Source: Botryllus schlosseri (lineage: Eukaryota). Taken from it: a stretch of DNA of 64,000 nucleotides. Positions 11,297-23,938 of the stretch are shown one piece after another. The notes below the pieces were generated by a model that was not told the origin of the DNA, did no database searches, and was given only the letters and a program-made list of their open reading frames with translations. Numbering within the stretch: the stretch's first letter is position 1; every line of letters starts with the position of its first letter. Both the position numbers and the translations under genes were made by a program. The stretch is from NCBI GenBank assembly GCA_051294905.1, contig CM119373.1:8246001-8310000 (forward strand). Direction: 5' to 3'.

Positions 11297-14200
11297 TTAG
11301 CATTTTGCAGAAGCCTTCGAAGTCAGTTTGCGAATCTTGCGAAAGTTTTTCTTCGGTGCCTCTTCAAGCATCGGTTTGGCATTCAAACGCTTGAGGTGAT
11401 TTTTTGCAAAACAATTGAAAGCACTTTGCACATTAAGGTTGAAGTTCAAATGGCTAGATTTACATTTGACATGCATGAGGTAACGAAAACAAGATGTAGA
11501 AGACACAACATAACGCATTGCATTCAGAAAAACATTGCGCTGATTCATACAGCACATCAACTTTTTTAACGTGACTTCATCTGCTGAAACAGCTGAGAAA
11601 TACTGCACAGCCAATAATGTAATGGCAAAGCAAATTTCAGTTGGTTCAGCAAGTCCTCCACGATCTGCCATGTCAAAAATCGTTTTATATCTCTCAGGAA
11701 TGCAGCCATTAATATCTGGAACATTATTAATACCGGATATGAGCACGCCTCTGCAGTCGTCACAACGCCTACGGCGGAAAATTGAGCGACCAATATATCC
11801 ACTAACAAAGACTACAACAGATGCATCAGTATCGTCCACATCATTTGTGACGACAGTTTTCATGAAGTCAGCAAGCCACTGGAAATCTTCGTGGTTTGCT
11901 GATGCATCTTCCTCGCCCGGTTCACAACTGATGATTGCTCTGGACAGTCCATCCCGCTGCAGCAGGCTTAGACACCAAATTTTTTTTCCGCCAGCAGCAA
12001 TTACTTCACAGACATGAAGAAATTACCGCCATTGCTCTGCCGATACATCCCAACGATTGGGTCGGACATTATTTAAGGGGGCACTTCTCTTTAGAAATAA
12101 TTTTTTTGTGTTTTTTTTTTCTTCATCGATCTAGAACGGAAATTTCACGCTCTTTCCAAATATGTCATTATTTTTATGATATTCCAACTCCTTCTTATCC
12201 AAAACTAGTTTCTTTTAGGGACCATTTTATAAAAAAAAGAATTACAGCCCAATTTTTGCTGCAGTCGTGTTCATTATAATCCAACATTCGCCTTTGCTGG
12301 GGGAAATAGCGCCATCTGGTGAAATCTATGCTGTAGAGCTCGAAATGAGTGTTCTAGTATAGTTCTAGCCAGTCTGCCTTCATAAACTTGGCTGCTTCCC
12401 AGATTCAGTAAGCAGGCGAGTTGAGGCTGTTTTTTTCATTTCTTTTTTGATTTGTTGACTGATAACTGACAATATTGGGTGGTATTTATTGTTTGCTTAC
12501 AAATAAGTGTTCTAGCATGTCTGCTTTCATATACTTGGCTGCTTCATTGATTCAGTACCAAGGAAATGGTCCAGATGGGGGTTGTGTGTTGTCCTATTTC
12601 ATCTTTTTTTATTCATTGACTGCTGACTGACAATATTGGGTAGTATGTATTGTTTTTTGATAACTGTTTTGGATTGGTTTTCATTTCTAGCTATCAATAT
12701 GCCTAGAATGAGTCGATCAAGGAAATTTAGAGTTTTAGAAGAATCTTTGAAATGGAAAGATGCATTGGTGGATTCACCAAAACCCAAAATGAGTCATTCG
12801 TTGCGACCATAGGGCCAAGGTGCCTGAAGAAAAGGTACTTATGAACTATGGCAGTAAAACGTGCTGTAGCTATGTCCGTACTGAACTGGAATATTGGATG
12901 CAGTGTATACTTGAGTGTTCTTGAAAGCCTAAACTTGCCAGTGAACACGTTCACAAAAATGGAACTGGTTTGAAGCGAAAAAAAAGACAGACTGCATCTC
13001 GACGCTCTCTCGCTGTGAAAAATTTAAAGAGTTCAAGAGTCCTTAGACACATCAGACTATGTGCCTGGCGGCTATTAATGCTCAGGTGGTGTTATATATG
13101 GTTCAATGTGTGATGCAAATCAACTAATGTGGCCATTGATGTCATGATCAGTGTTCATATCCTTGTTTTTCGAAGTTATTGTAGTTTTAATTTTTTAAAC
13201 GCGTTTTTCTCAAAATATACTTTTTCTGCACAAAAATTGTATCTGCTCGGCACCTGCTTGTCCGATTCATCTGAAATTTTGCACAAATGATGGTTAGGGT
13301 ACGTATAATAAAATAATGGAGCGTTTTCTCAAAATTTTGTCCAGAAAAATTTTTACAGGGGAAAGAATCTTGAAAAAAATAAAAATTTAGGGTTCGCTGA
13401 CAAAAATTTAATAAATTTTGTTAGAAAACCTTTTTTTGAAAATCCCTCCATTATTTTGTAGGTATATACCTGTACTATTACTTCAACAATATTTGAAGGA
13501 AAATCTTGACAGACTTTTGAGTTTTTAGGATTTTTAATACGCGTGTTCAATATTTTCATGTTTTTTTGAGTAAGTGTACCGATGGGGTACATGCTCATGG
13601 TACAACATAAAGACCATATTTGGAAAGGAAATTTCCTGCCCTTTCCAGCAATGTATGAATCATTGGGCTCGCATCTACCTTTGGGAATTTATGACTACAA
13701 ACGTGAACACCTAAAAAAATCACTTTTAAAGAGAAGTGCCCCCTTAAATATTCCACATTCTGAGTTACTTGCAGATGCTCCGTCAACGACAGCACAGCCC
13801 CCATTGTCTGAATACAGGTCATGAATGTTTCATTGCTGAGACCAGCACAGCCCGACTTTTGCCAATTCTTGAAAATGTCGATGGCTCTTCTCAAATAGTT
13901 AACACCGGGATGATCCTCACCAATTTGCAGTGGCGTGAAAAATGAATTTCTTTTCCGCACGGCTGAAATGAATATTTTGTCGCATCAGATAAAGTCAAAT
14001 TGCAGCAAGAAACCTATGTAATGAAAGTTTTACCTTTACTTGGGCTTTTACCAGACATGATATTCCAAATGGTTTGGATGAATTCAACATATTTTGCAGT
14101 TTGCAGAAATTCTGGATGTCCTTTCTCTGCGAAGTGCTTTAGTCCCACTACTGTTGAATCACTAAACACACCTGAAGAAAAGGGCAGCAATCAGGTCATG

Positions 14201-16029
14201 ATCTTTACCAAGGATTGTTCAAAGTCGAGACGGCGAGCTAACATTGACATATGATACTTACTCAAAGCGTGCTGAGGTGAAGTTCGGACGATGCTGCTGG
14301 GATTAAGGGAAACTTTTTTGAGTTGATGTGCAACTTTCAATGTCTTGCCTTCTTCCAGAGCATTGAGGGTTTTGATATGAAGGAACTTTGCATGGCATGA
14401 CACTCCCAGTATATCCTCATTGTCTTTAGTAGGGGGGTGCATCTGCTTCTTATTCACAAAATGGTTGAAGATGTTTTTGAAGTTGTGAGTGAAATCGAAA
14501 ATCAAAAATAATTTTTCTCGGGGTCGATATGGATGTTCGATGCTATGACGAAGTTCTCCATTACAGAGATCCATGAATAATTTCCTAAAAATAAGTATTA
14601 AATGCCTGTTTAACAACTTCAAAAACCAACAAGGATATAAAAACTCACCGGTTACGGACATGGTTGTCTGTTGATATTGCTACCACCCGTAGTATATCGT
14701 TGATCTTTTCCATCACTTCATCAAACCATGTTCGCAGCGTCTCAGTGTCAAGTTTGTCAACCGGAATGAGACAAACCACATCCTTGTACTTCCCAAAAAG
14801 TGATTGCACCATGAATGTTAACACCGTCTTAGCGGGATTGCCACTTTCCGCTATCCCGATGAAAGAACCATTTGTATATTCCACGCGCTGTGCGGTATAA
14901 ACCTCGTCTATCATTAAGGTTACAATTTTTTCTCGGTCGGATAAAGATTTAGTGCTTTCCTTCAAATACGTCATATCAAGTTTGCCTGGCGACACTGTCA
15001 TATCTTCACATAATCTGCGAAGGTGGCGTACTGAAGGCAAAGCAAAAATGTTCAGAAGCTGTGTATAGAGAGCTGGACTTGTAAATTTCCACATGAATGC
15101 AGTGGTTAGAAGATCTGTCGAGTATCTCCGGGAATTGCGGGTCACTTGACAGAGTGACAATTGCTCAATAATAAATGTGATCAACATTGGGTTGAAATCT
15201 GCACAGTTAGTAGATGACATCTGCACAGTCAGGTACTCCTCCAATAGAGATACAGTCAATTCTATGTGGTTGAAATTACTATCGCCGCTGGACAACGACT
15301 TGCATCTGGCAAGAATGTTGTTCAATTCAGATGTCTTCTGAACGTAATTTGCACTCAATAAATCGTCATAATTGGAAGGCGGAACAGGGGCGCCTTTAAT
15401 GAATGCACGAATCTTCATGTCCTTCGATACTATCACAGAAGCTGTGAGTATGGGCGTCTGATGAATATCATTTGACGAAGTTATAAGGTGGAACTGCAAT
15501 GTTTCATCATCAGTAGAATAGACATACCCAGCAGGGAGACGCTCTTTCTGAAACTTTTCTTTCAAAGAGAGTAGGTCAACCACACATTCTTGCTGAATAA
15601 ACTCCTCATTGCATTTTTCTCTGCGGGAATTCTCGGTGGAAAGGCGAGCAGAGGAGGAGCAGTTCTTACTTCGAGGTCTCGGATTGGGGCTTGTTAGATA
15701 ATTTGGCAAAGTTGAAAAAATATGAGGCACAGCAGTAGATTTGAGCCGTTGTCTCGATAATGCTACACAACCACGATGTTTCAAGCGCCGAGACTTCTTG
15801 TCACTTGAAGTATATTCGAAATCGTCATCCGAAAAGTGTAAACGGCAAACTTTTTGTTCAGATGAAGCAACTAGAGCTTTTCTTGGGATTGTTTTAATCC
15901 TTTTTTGCGCATGATAGGATCAGATGGAAAGCTATAGCATGAAACAACAGTGCTGTTGCTGCTTTCCGATTCATCTTTTGTCTTTTTATATCCAGATCTG
16001 CATCCCGGAACACAACATTTATAGCCCAT
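11297..16029 (-). pseudogene. P-element (THAP9-like) transposase, four spliced exons, disrupted
   Basis: THAP MGYKCCVPGC...CRLHF...AVPHIF (1-bp deletion near 15901), LMIDEVY, ISTDNH, FDFTHNFKN, C-terminal GYIG...CDDC...DRGGLAEP; GT-AG introns near 14650-14585, 14260-14172 and 14030-13965; Kolobok insertion; catalytic Glu codon deleted. Confidence 0.9.
12077..13743 (+). mobile_element. Kolobok-type internal-deletion derivative inside the P transposase
   Basis: TTAA on both sides (12073-76, 13744-47); TIR GGGGGCACTTCTCTTTA; remnant near 12740-13078 reads CIGGFTKTQNESFVATIGPRC...AVAMSVLNWNIG...DYVPGGY*, like a Kolobok transposase C-terminus. Confidence 0.88.
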
Positions 16030-16950
16030 TTCTATACTGTATCATTTAGCTGGTATAGTGCTGCAATAAAATGTGTCAATAATAAATAATCTAGCGCGAG
16101 TTCAGACGGCAGAAGACTTCCTTGATGCAAACTGCTCTAAAATAGCACGTTGTTTAGACATCTAAACACCACAAACCTACACCTCCGTACCGGAAATTGT
16201 ACAACATACCGGCACATCTAAACTCCACCAAGCTACAAGATCACGGAAATTGTACACCGCATAAGCACTTCCTTCGCTTCTGACAGCTGATCGCATGTGA
16301 ATCGGCCGACTTTTGTTCCTATCTAAAGCAAACAAAGCTACGCTTAGGTCGCGGAAGCGGTACGAAATACGAGCAGCCCCGTCGCTTCTGACGGCTGATC
16401 GCAGACTGTCGGCCTACTCCGGGCCGCGTTGTCTGACGTCACGCGCATATTGTCCAATCCCGAGCTTCTAGATATCCCTGCTCCCTTTTGACGCTTTTTT
16501 CGAAATCGTTTGTGGCCATTTTTGTATCTGTCACAAAAAGCACCCATTACACAAAACTAATGTCTACACTCTATATAGAACTTTATCTTGGACATGCTCA
16601 GCAAGTTTGATTATGATAAGCATGAATTTTACAGAGTACATATACGTTGATCCTGCGTATAAAAATCCATTTTAGGGTCAGGAAACAAAATGCAATGCCG
16701 CGACTTCACCCGGCAGTGGTTTTATAGGATTTTGTGTATCTCGGATAACTAGCGGCGGGAGTCGCTAAGGTTACGGTCTACGGTTGGCTGCGCGACCGTG
16801 AAAATTGACACTTAAGTCTGGTGGTGCGCTGACTTGGAATTGAGTGCCGATCTGAACGGATTTGAGTGTGAGTATACTTTTTGGCGTGAGCTGAGCACTG
16901 AGTCTGTTGCTTGAGTAGAGAATCGCTGCTCAGCAGAGGAATTGGGCTCG

Positions 16951-17428
16951 GCCCTAAAAATGATGTGGTCTCAAATTGAAGGTAAAAATGAACAAAAATT
17001 TTTGGTTGCAGCCATTTCCTTCAGAACGCCACCGTAATGGAGCTACAATTTATTGAAATTTCTACAAGACCAGCTGCCGCGACTGCTTAACCCGTTACAT
17101 GGCACGATGTCTTCATCGTCGCACTTGCTCGATGCGATAAGGCAGTCACGCAGAGAACGAAACTTAGACACATTTCCTTCATAACATCGACTGACAACTA
17201 TCTAAAATTCGTTCTCTGCGTGACTGCCTAATCGCGTCGAGCAAGTGCGACGGTGAAGATATCGTGCCATGTAACGGGTTAAGCAGCAGCGGCAGCTGGT
17301 CTTATAGAAATTTCAATAAATTGCAGCTCGATTACGGTGGCGTTCTGAAGGAAATGGCTGCGGCCAAAAATTTTTGTTCCTTTTTACCTTCAATTTGAGA
17401 CCACATCATTTTAGAGCGCAGTGCCCCT
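16951..17428. mobile_element. Foldback MITE (about 210-bp arms, about 40-bp spacer) with one Kolobok-type end
   Basis: 16951-17170 is the reverse complement of 17205-17416 at about 90% identity; right end CAGTGCCCCT|TTAA; matching left end absent. Confidence 0.8.
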
Positions 17429-17962
17429 TTAAGTATCGATTTCCAGACGTCATTTTCCGGGATTGTGTTGCCAGATTATTTTCGCCTTCCACCTGACACG
17501 CGTGGCTGATCTTGTCATGGCAACGCGTCTGTGTCGTCCCTAATTTCGCTCACTTACCAGTTACAAGCCATTTTTACCAGTTACCACACAAGCGGTTTTC
17601 AAAGCATTACATGGGTTTCTGTACTTGAAATCTGGATTTTTTTCAACATCATGTTAGCCAGGTCATTTAGGGCCCGAAAATGAAGTATAGATTAGTAAGA
17701 TCATAATGTTGTACTTATAACAATATAAGCACATTCGAATATACCCTGAATTCGTGCTTGACAGTTTATTTTGCGACTGGGTTACTGAGCTTTCCCGTAA
17801 TATCCCAGCTCGGAATTATTGAGCAGCTGATGAATGCTACTTTCGAGGTACCACCCGTGATTTTCAACTGATACCTGATTAACAGTAACTTTCCTCATGA
17901 GCTCCAACTGTTACTTTTCAGCGATATACTATATTCCCTTCTCTAGAACATGGCTATCTAAA

Positions 17963-18567
17963 ATGGAATACCGAAGCCGATTAACACGTTTAATTGAAGA
18001 CCCACTCGAAATATTAGAAATAATTGATGAAGAACCAGAACGTCCGTGCGCTACACAAAAGTATTTAAAAGACGTAATGAACCCATTCGAAGTCTATTCT
18101 GAAATAAAGTTCAAAAGCCGTTATCGATTTTCGAAGGACTCCGCCATTGACGTCTTCAGGGTGATAAATCATGAGTCGTTGTCAGTTCGGGGACAGAGTC
18201 TACCCCCACTGCTCCAATTTATTGTGGCGTTGCGTTTTTTTGCGAAAGGGCATATACAGCAATCAGATGGTGATTTGATTGGTGTTTCGCGTAACACAGC
18301 AAGGCGGAGCCATACATCGAATCGCTAATGCAATCGCCACTCAAAAGCCGAGTTTCATCCAATACTTCCAAGAAGATGCTCGGAAGCTCAAAGAAGGCTT
18401 CTTCAAAATCAATGGCTTTCCGGGAGTCGTGGGGGCAATTGATTGTACACACATTCCGGTTGTATCACCAGGCGGAGATATTTAGAAACCGTAAAGGTTT
18501 CATGTCAGTCAATGTGCAGGTCATATGTGACAGCAACAGGAAAATTTTGAACATTGTTTTGACATGA
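17963..18567 (+). pseudogene. Harbinger (HARBI1-like) transposase, frameshifted and 3'-truncated
   Basis: NPFEVYSEIKFKSRYRFSK, LPPLLQFIVALRFFAKG, GFPGVVGAIDCTHIP, FRNRKGFMSVNVQVICD in three overlapping frames. Confidence 0.88.
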
Positions 18568-18989
18568 AAATATGCAAATTGATAAGTATTTTTGGACAAA
18601 ACTATTTCGTAGCGCCTAAAAATATAATATGGCTCTCAGACCCAGCTTATCACTGTGAATGAACTCAGATCACGCTTCTGGATCTGATCTTTGACTGAAT
18701 AATTCTTAGCTTGATGAACTAACGCGGCCAACTGATATCATATAACATCCAATCTGATAACACTATTATACTCTTTATTGTCAGTTACCTTCACTATGTT
18801 ATTGTCAGTTGATTCTTTAGTTTGTTTCATTTCTGAATACCACCTTAAGTTACATAATTATACCACCAGTTTTCAACCTTTACAACCAGCACAACCATGA
18901 TAATTCTTACATGCAATCTGACGCAACGTACCACCACCCAAGTCTCCTCATACTAGAGATGATCCACAGCAACGATAAAGAACTCTTTT

Positions 18990-21445
18990 TGCATCAAGAC
19001 ACCTTCACAACTCGTTTCGTACCTAAAGACGGCGCTTGTTTTCCACGCCATAATTGACCAAGCAAGTACAATTCAGACAAAAATTCATCGAAAAAAAATA
19101 TAGAGAATACTTGGAGAAGATAAAAGAAGAAGACTTCTTCGCCGACCACTTCTTGATCGAAGCACCTTCTGATACGCTGAAACTTGACATAAAAATTGAT
19201 CAAATTACAGACCCACACATTCAGAATTATACATTTGACAATCACACTGATGCACCAACCCTTATCCTAGCCCTCTAAAATCGTCACTTTACATGGAGCT
19301 TACACCCACCCAAAAGTCTGCGCAATAGCACCACCAACACCCTTACCCGCATTTGCAATACCAAAACTACCCCCCTTCTCACTGGTTAACCAAAACGACC
19401 AATCCCAGACTCTCCCGCATCTACACTTCCTAACTACTGGAGTAATGACAACCCCGACTTTACCATCTTCCTTCCGATTCCACGAATTTCGATAAGAAAA
19501 CCTTTAAAAAACTACTCCACTCTATACATACCGACCTACTGCAATTCCTCTCACTACTTCTGGCCTGGTTTATTCCAACATCACTATCACCCTGTGGTGT
19601 ATTACGTCAGTCCAATCACGTCTAATGATCATTTCTATTGTCTACTAATTGGTGCTTTTACGTTGCTTATAAGTGCTCGGAGTTTTCTGTTTGGTGGCTT
19701 ATTTTTGTTTGTGAATAAAGACACAACACACCCACCAACAGAATTCCTTCGAAACCACCGAACCTCCAATCATCACTATCACCCACGAACATAATTTATT
19801 CGAAACCATCGACCCCTCCCATTTTCATTCCATTACAACCCTTACTAACAATCTGAATTCGGCTCGTGGAAAACTTAACACCATAAAAGAATTCAAAAAT
19901 ATAAGAATCCCGACTCAACCAACACCATTACTAAAATTATCAACCTATATTATCAAGACATACATGACATCCTCACCACCAAACAACATAATTTGATTTA
20001 AAAAATTCTAAATTCTACAGACACATACTGTGAATTCCAGTATGTCAGATATTTCAGGTTTAGGCCCCTCCTTTATACCCACCCAACAATTTCGATACCC
20101 TAGTAAATTAAAGAACGAAGTCCACTTAGCTTACTTTTAAAAACTAACCCTCATAGAGAACACCTTAGAAAACCAAGACCCATTCATGAAACCCACTCCG
20201 CTTCCACTTTAAAAAAATCAAATTGGTCATATCAAAAGCACATGCGCTGTATATCACAAGACATGTTGGGATGTCAGACTGAATGCCTTGGATAACTTGA
20301 AAATTTTAGGGAATCTAAATTAAACCAACATTTTCCAATTATCAACTAAACCATATTAGAGAGATAACAAATAGGAAAGACATAATTACCATTTCAGATA
20401 AAAATTTAGGTTTCTGCATGAATTCGACCAATTGGTATATTAACGAATCTATTAGGCAACTAGGACAAAACATTTACCCACCCATTAACCTGAATTTGGA
20501 ATCTATATTGGATAGGGCCCTCTGTGATAGATATACTATCACTTAAAAACATGGAGAAACCCTAGAACCATTAAACGTCGCTTCTTTAGAACTCAGGACT
20601 AAAGAAAACTGCCACATCCCTTTATTCAACTCGCTTCCAAAACCTCCCAGATTAGGACCTTTCAACGCTAAGCATGAACCAAAACTTGAAGGCAGATATC
20701 ATTTCGGCTCATTCTTGGATCACAGTAACTTTTTAGGCCACCGCTCTCGGTAATACTATTCTCACCGTGCACCATTCAACATCCAAATTATTACCTCTGA
20801 TTTTTAATCTTTATATCCCAACATAAGAAATGAGGACGTCGTGTATGACTTGAACCAACTAAAACATCCTCACCATCTCGGACCCAATCTTTAACCTTGC
20901 TGTTGATCTCTTCGTCTTCTGTCAAAAACACTGCTATTTCTCCTCTGCTGATAATCAGTTTATTCAAAAAGATGGATTAGATATGGGTAGTTATAGCCCC
21001 GCCCAAACTGCAGGCCTTACCCTCGCCATATTTGAAGAAGATATGATATCCCAAATCTCCACGACCTGTTCCATCCAATTTTTCGTAGGTACCTATACGA
21101 CGGACTCATTATTTCCAAACTCCATCCATCACACCTCCGCTACGTCATCCACTATATCTTAAAAATTTACCCCAGTCATTTCAAGATCACCTTCAATTGC
21201 AACCCCATCCCCATCCACAACCCTTTCCTTGACCTCACCCTTCGTTTCGACCATAGGACCCTCACCAAGGGATTGATCGGTTACAATACCTTCTTCAAAC
21301 ATACCCTTTGATTCCAATCATCCCTCTCACACCTACACCGGGATTATAGCCACTGAACTCACCCGTTACCGCAGAACCAATGCGACCCCCCTATCTCCAA
21401 AACATATTCACCGATTCAAAAAACGACTTACTGGATTAGGTACTT
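18990..21445 (+). pseudogene. Highly degraded Penelope-like retroelement reverse transcriptase (clade distinct from the other copies here)
   Basis: Scattered in-order motifs: LGPSFIPT, SDKNLG...WYINESIRQL, QKDGLDMGSYSPAQTAGL, PFLDLTL, HP...GIIATELTRYRRTN; many stops. Confidence 0.6.
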
Positions 21446-21733
21446 GTTCAATATGAGCTACTGTAGTCACTTTTCAATTTTATGGTGGCTCAGAAGTATG
21501 TATGTTTTCATTGAATCTGCGATTGATAAACCTCAGATCCTGAAACCTACCCGTGCCGGTTTAACTGTGGCTGGGCCCCATCTCTTCCCGGTTTGAAAAG
21601 CAATTGATTTATGCTGTAAATCGCTGTTACGATAACATAAAAACTAATGTTGTGTTTACCACCAAACAATTGCTTCCTGCAACGCGCAAAGATGTTCTTC
21701 CTGCTTCTCAACAAAGCAATATATAGTCTATGA

Positions 21734-22106
21734 CAGTGGTTCCCAACCTTTTTCGACCTATCGCCCCCTTTTCAAGGTCAACACCGATCATCGCCCCCCA
21801 AATTTTTTGTGCACCATAATTGGGCATACAGACTGTAATCACCGGCGGGTTGACTAAAAAAAAAGGTCAGCTTTCCCCGCTCAGAGCTGAAAATAACGTT
21901 TTTTCGCTCCGCATTGCTAGGTGGATAACTAAAAAAAAAAAAAAAGGTCAGCCGCTTTTACGCGTCATCGCCCCCCTATCGCCCCCTTTGCTATTTTCGC
22001 CCCCCGTCGCCCCCTTTGTCCATTTTCGCCCCCTTCGTCATTTTCGCCCCCCTAGATCGCCAAATCGCCCCCTGGGGGGCGATATCGCCCACGTTGGGAA
22101 CCACTG
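21734..22106. mobile_element. hAT-type MITE
   Basis: TIR CAGTGGTTCCCAAC; 8-bp TSD GTCTATGA (21726-33, 22107-14); internal ATCGCCCCC repeats. Confidence 0.92.
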
Positions 22107-22418
22107 GTCTATGATTTCAAGTGCCACTGTGATTGTCGGTACGTGGGAAGAACAACTCAGCGCTTGCAGGAACGCATCAAACAACATGTTCCGAGCGTTA
22201 TTTGATCACGCACATTGGACTCTCGCGAAGACGCAGCCGTAACTGATCTGCGATTACTAGAACGTAATCAGGCCATGGCTATGAACTCTGCCATCGGCAA
22301 CCATTTGGCTGAGAATGCAACTTGCGCTAAAAACTATCGAGATGAAAGATTTTCTATATTAGGCAGAGGCCGCACCAATTTCCATCTGTCCGCACTGGAA
22401 TCGACTTATATTAAAATC

Positions 22419-23707
22419 CAGAGGTGGTCAGTAACGAAGTACTTCTACTTTTTCGAAGTACTCAAGTAGCTTTCCTCTACTTCTGGTACTTACTCAAGTA
22501 GATCTGATTTTCGCTACTTCTACTTCTACTTCCTAATATTTTGTGATCTACTTACTTACTTTTCGCTATTTTCAGTTTGTCAAGTAGAAGTAGTTCAATC
22601 TCCCAATCAGGAAGATAGCCTGAGGACTTTCGGAGCTGTTTTCACGGAGTATTAACATTTAATTTTCATAAAAGTTTAGTAAAGCAACGAATTTTCGTCG
22701 CGCTTCGCGTGCAGTGGATACGGAATGACCAGTATGATGTCACGAAAGTATCGGTGAATATAATTTAGGTGGAGGGTTGGCTTGGTTCCGTTCACACCAC
22801 ATTGTCGCCCTTCACCCATATGAAATAATTCATCACAGTATATATGACTCATCATAACGTTTGAAACTGATGTTTCGCAATCTAGCATTTTCTTGTCATA
22901 TCGTAACCTAGCATATATATGTCCATGGCGTGTCCTAATCTGGAAGAGTGGACTTTGATTTTTTTTTAGATTTAGAGCTGTTTTAGCATACCACCTTTGC
23001 AACTTTCTGGACTAAAAACATGAAATACATATTCTGCTTTTAGAAATAAAATTTATATTTCACTTTCAACTCCCAGTATCATATACTTCGAGTTGTAGTT
23101 AATATCAGTTCTTTTGTCCGAATAACACACATGTTGAAGTATAAAAGCAAGTGCTGTAATGCCTTCAATTTCTGGAAAAAAAGCTACACAATATGGCATT
23201 ATTACGGTCCACCATATTTTTTATTAACGTTTACTAATCGCGCAAAGTGTTAACACCGTATCCTATACAACTCCTCCATATTTCTCTTCGACTAAACTAC
23301 GGGCCTTACAGGGAGATGGCGCCATACCATGCTATTTTCCAAAACGCGTTGTTCGAGAAAACAGAGGATCAGTATCGCATTTCCCTATCAATACTATCAT
23401 TTACAGCCCATGATGTGGACGAATGCTTATGTCATCGAAAATTGGATACCTGCTGGTATGCATCAATATGAATCGAGTTCGTCACCAATCACATCTAGCT
23501 CAATTTGCACCATTTTATAATCCATCCAATCAGGATCGTTTTCACAACTACTTACTTACTTGAGTACTTTTAAAGACAGTCAATTCTACTTCTACTTCAA
23601 GTAGTTTTAGGTTGCTCATGAAAGAAGTACTTCTACTTGTACTTGAGTAGATTTTTTCGTCGCTACTTCTACTTGAGTAGCTTTCTTGACTACTTTGACC
23701 ACTTCTG
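22419..23707. mobile_element. Non-autonomous hAT element, family A copy 1
   Basis: TIR CAGAGGTGGTCA; 8-bp TSD TTAAAATC (22411-18, 23708-15); subterminal TACTTCTACTT/CAAGTAG repeats. Confidence 0.92.
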
Positions 23708-23938
23708 TTAAAATCGACCGACCGCGCTTGTGTCAGCAGAAGGAATTTATAGTGAATCTAAAAATTGGCCACTAGCTGCGCTCGCGGTTTGCCTGTATTT
23801 CATGTTGTTTGTTTCTATGACGTCATAATTCGTTCTATGCAATGTAGCTAGACACATATTTTTGAAATTCTCCATTTGCTGACGATTGCCCTTGAAAAGT
23901 GTCTGCTCGAAAAGCTTCGGGTTTTAATATATTTTACT

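Larger units (their letters stand above)
11075..16480 (-). mobile_element. P-superfamily DNA transposon, full length, defective
   Basis: About 31-bp imperfect TIRs (CAGGGATATCTTGAAACTCCGGGATTGGACA / TGTCCAATCCCGAGCTTCTAGATATCCCTG); 8-bp TSD CTCCCTTT (11067-11074, 16481-16488). Confidence 0.95.
10217..16519 (-). pseudogene. Harbinger-associated Myb/SANT DNA-binding gene, split by a P element after codon 13
   Basis: Removing 11075-16480 and one TSD copy restores MATNDFEKSVKRE|PNFLPREKALLLELIKQNPIVENKKTD...RAWELLALEFN...LKKRWQNMK...KTGGG; later exons near 10640-10690 and 10217-10570 give a coiled-coil C-terminus. Confidence 0.85.
21545..23920 (+). mobile_element. Penelope-like element 3' part (GIY-YIG and 3' UTR) forming a pseudo-LTR ahead of the next copy; holds two hAT insertions
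   Basis: Similar to 26115-26790; after removing insertions reads YDFKCHCDCRYVGRTTQRLQERIKQH...SAIGNHL...LESTYIKIDRPRLCQQKE. Confidence 0.85.

Noticed and set aside
16150-16265. Two roughly 55-bp related units in the P-element 5' region
   Set aside because: Only two diverged copies; cannot distinguish binding sites from an old local duplication.
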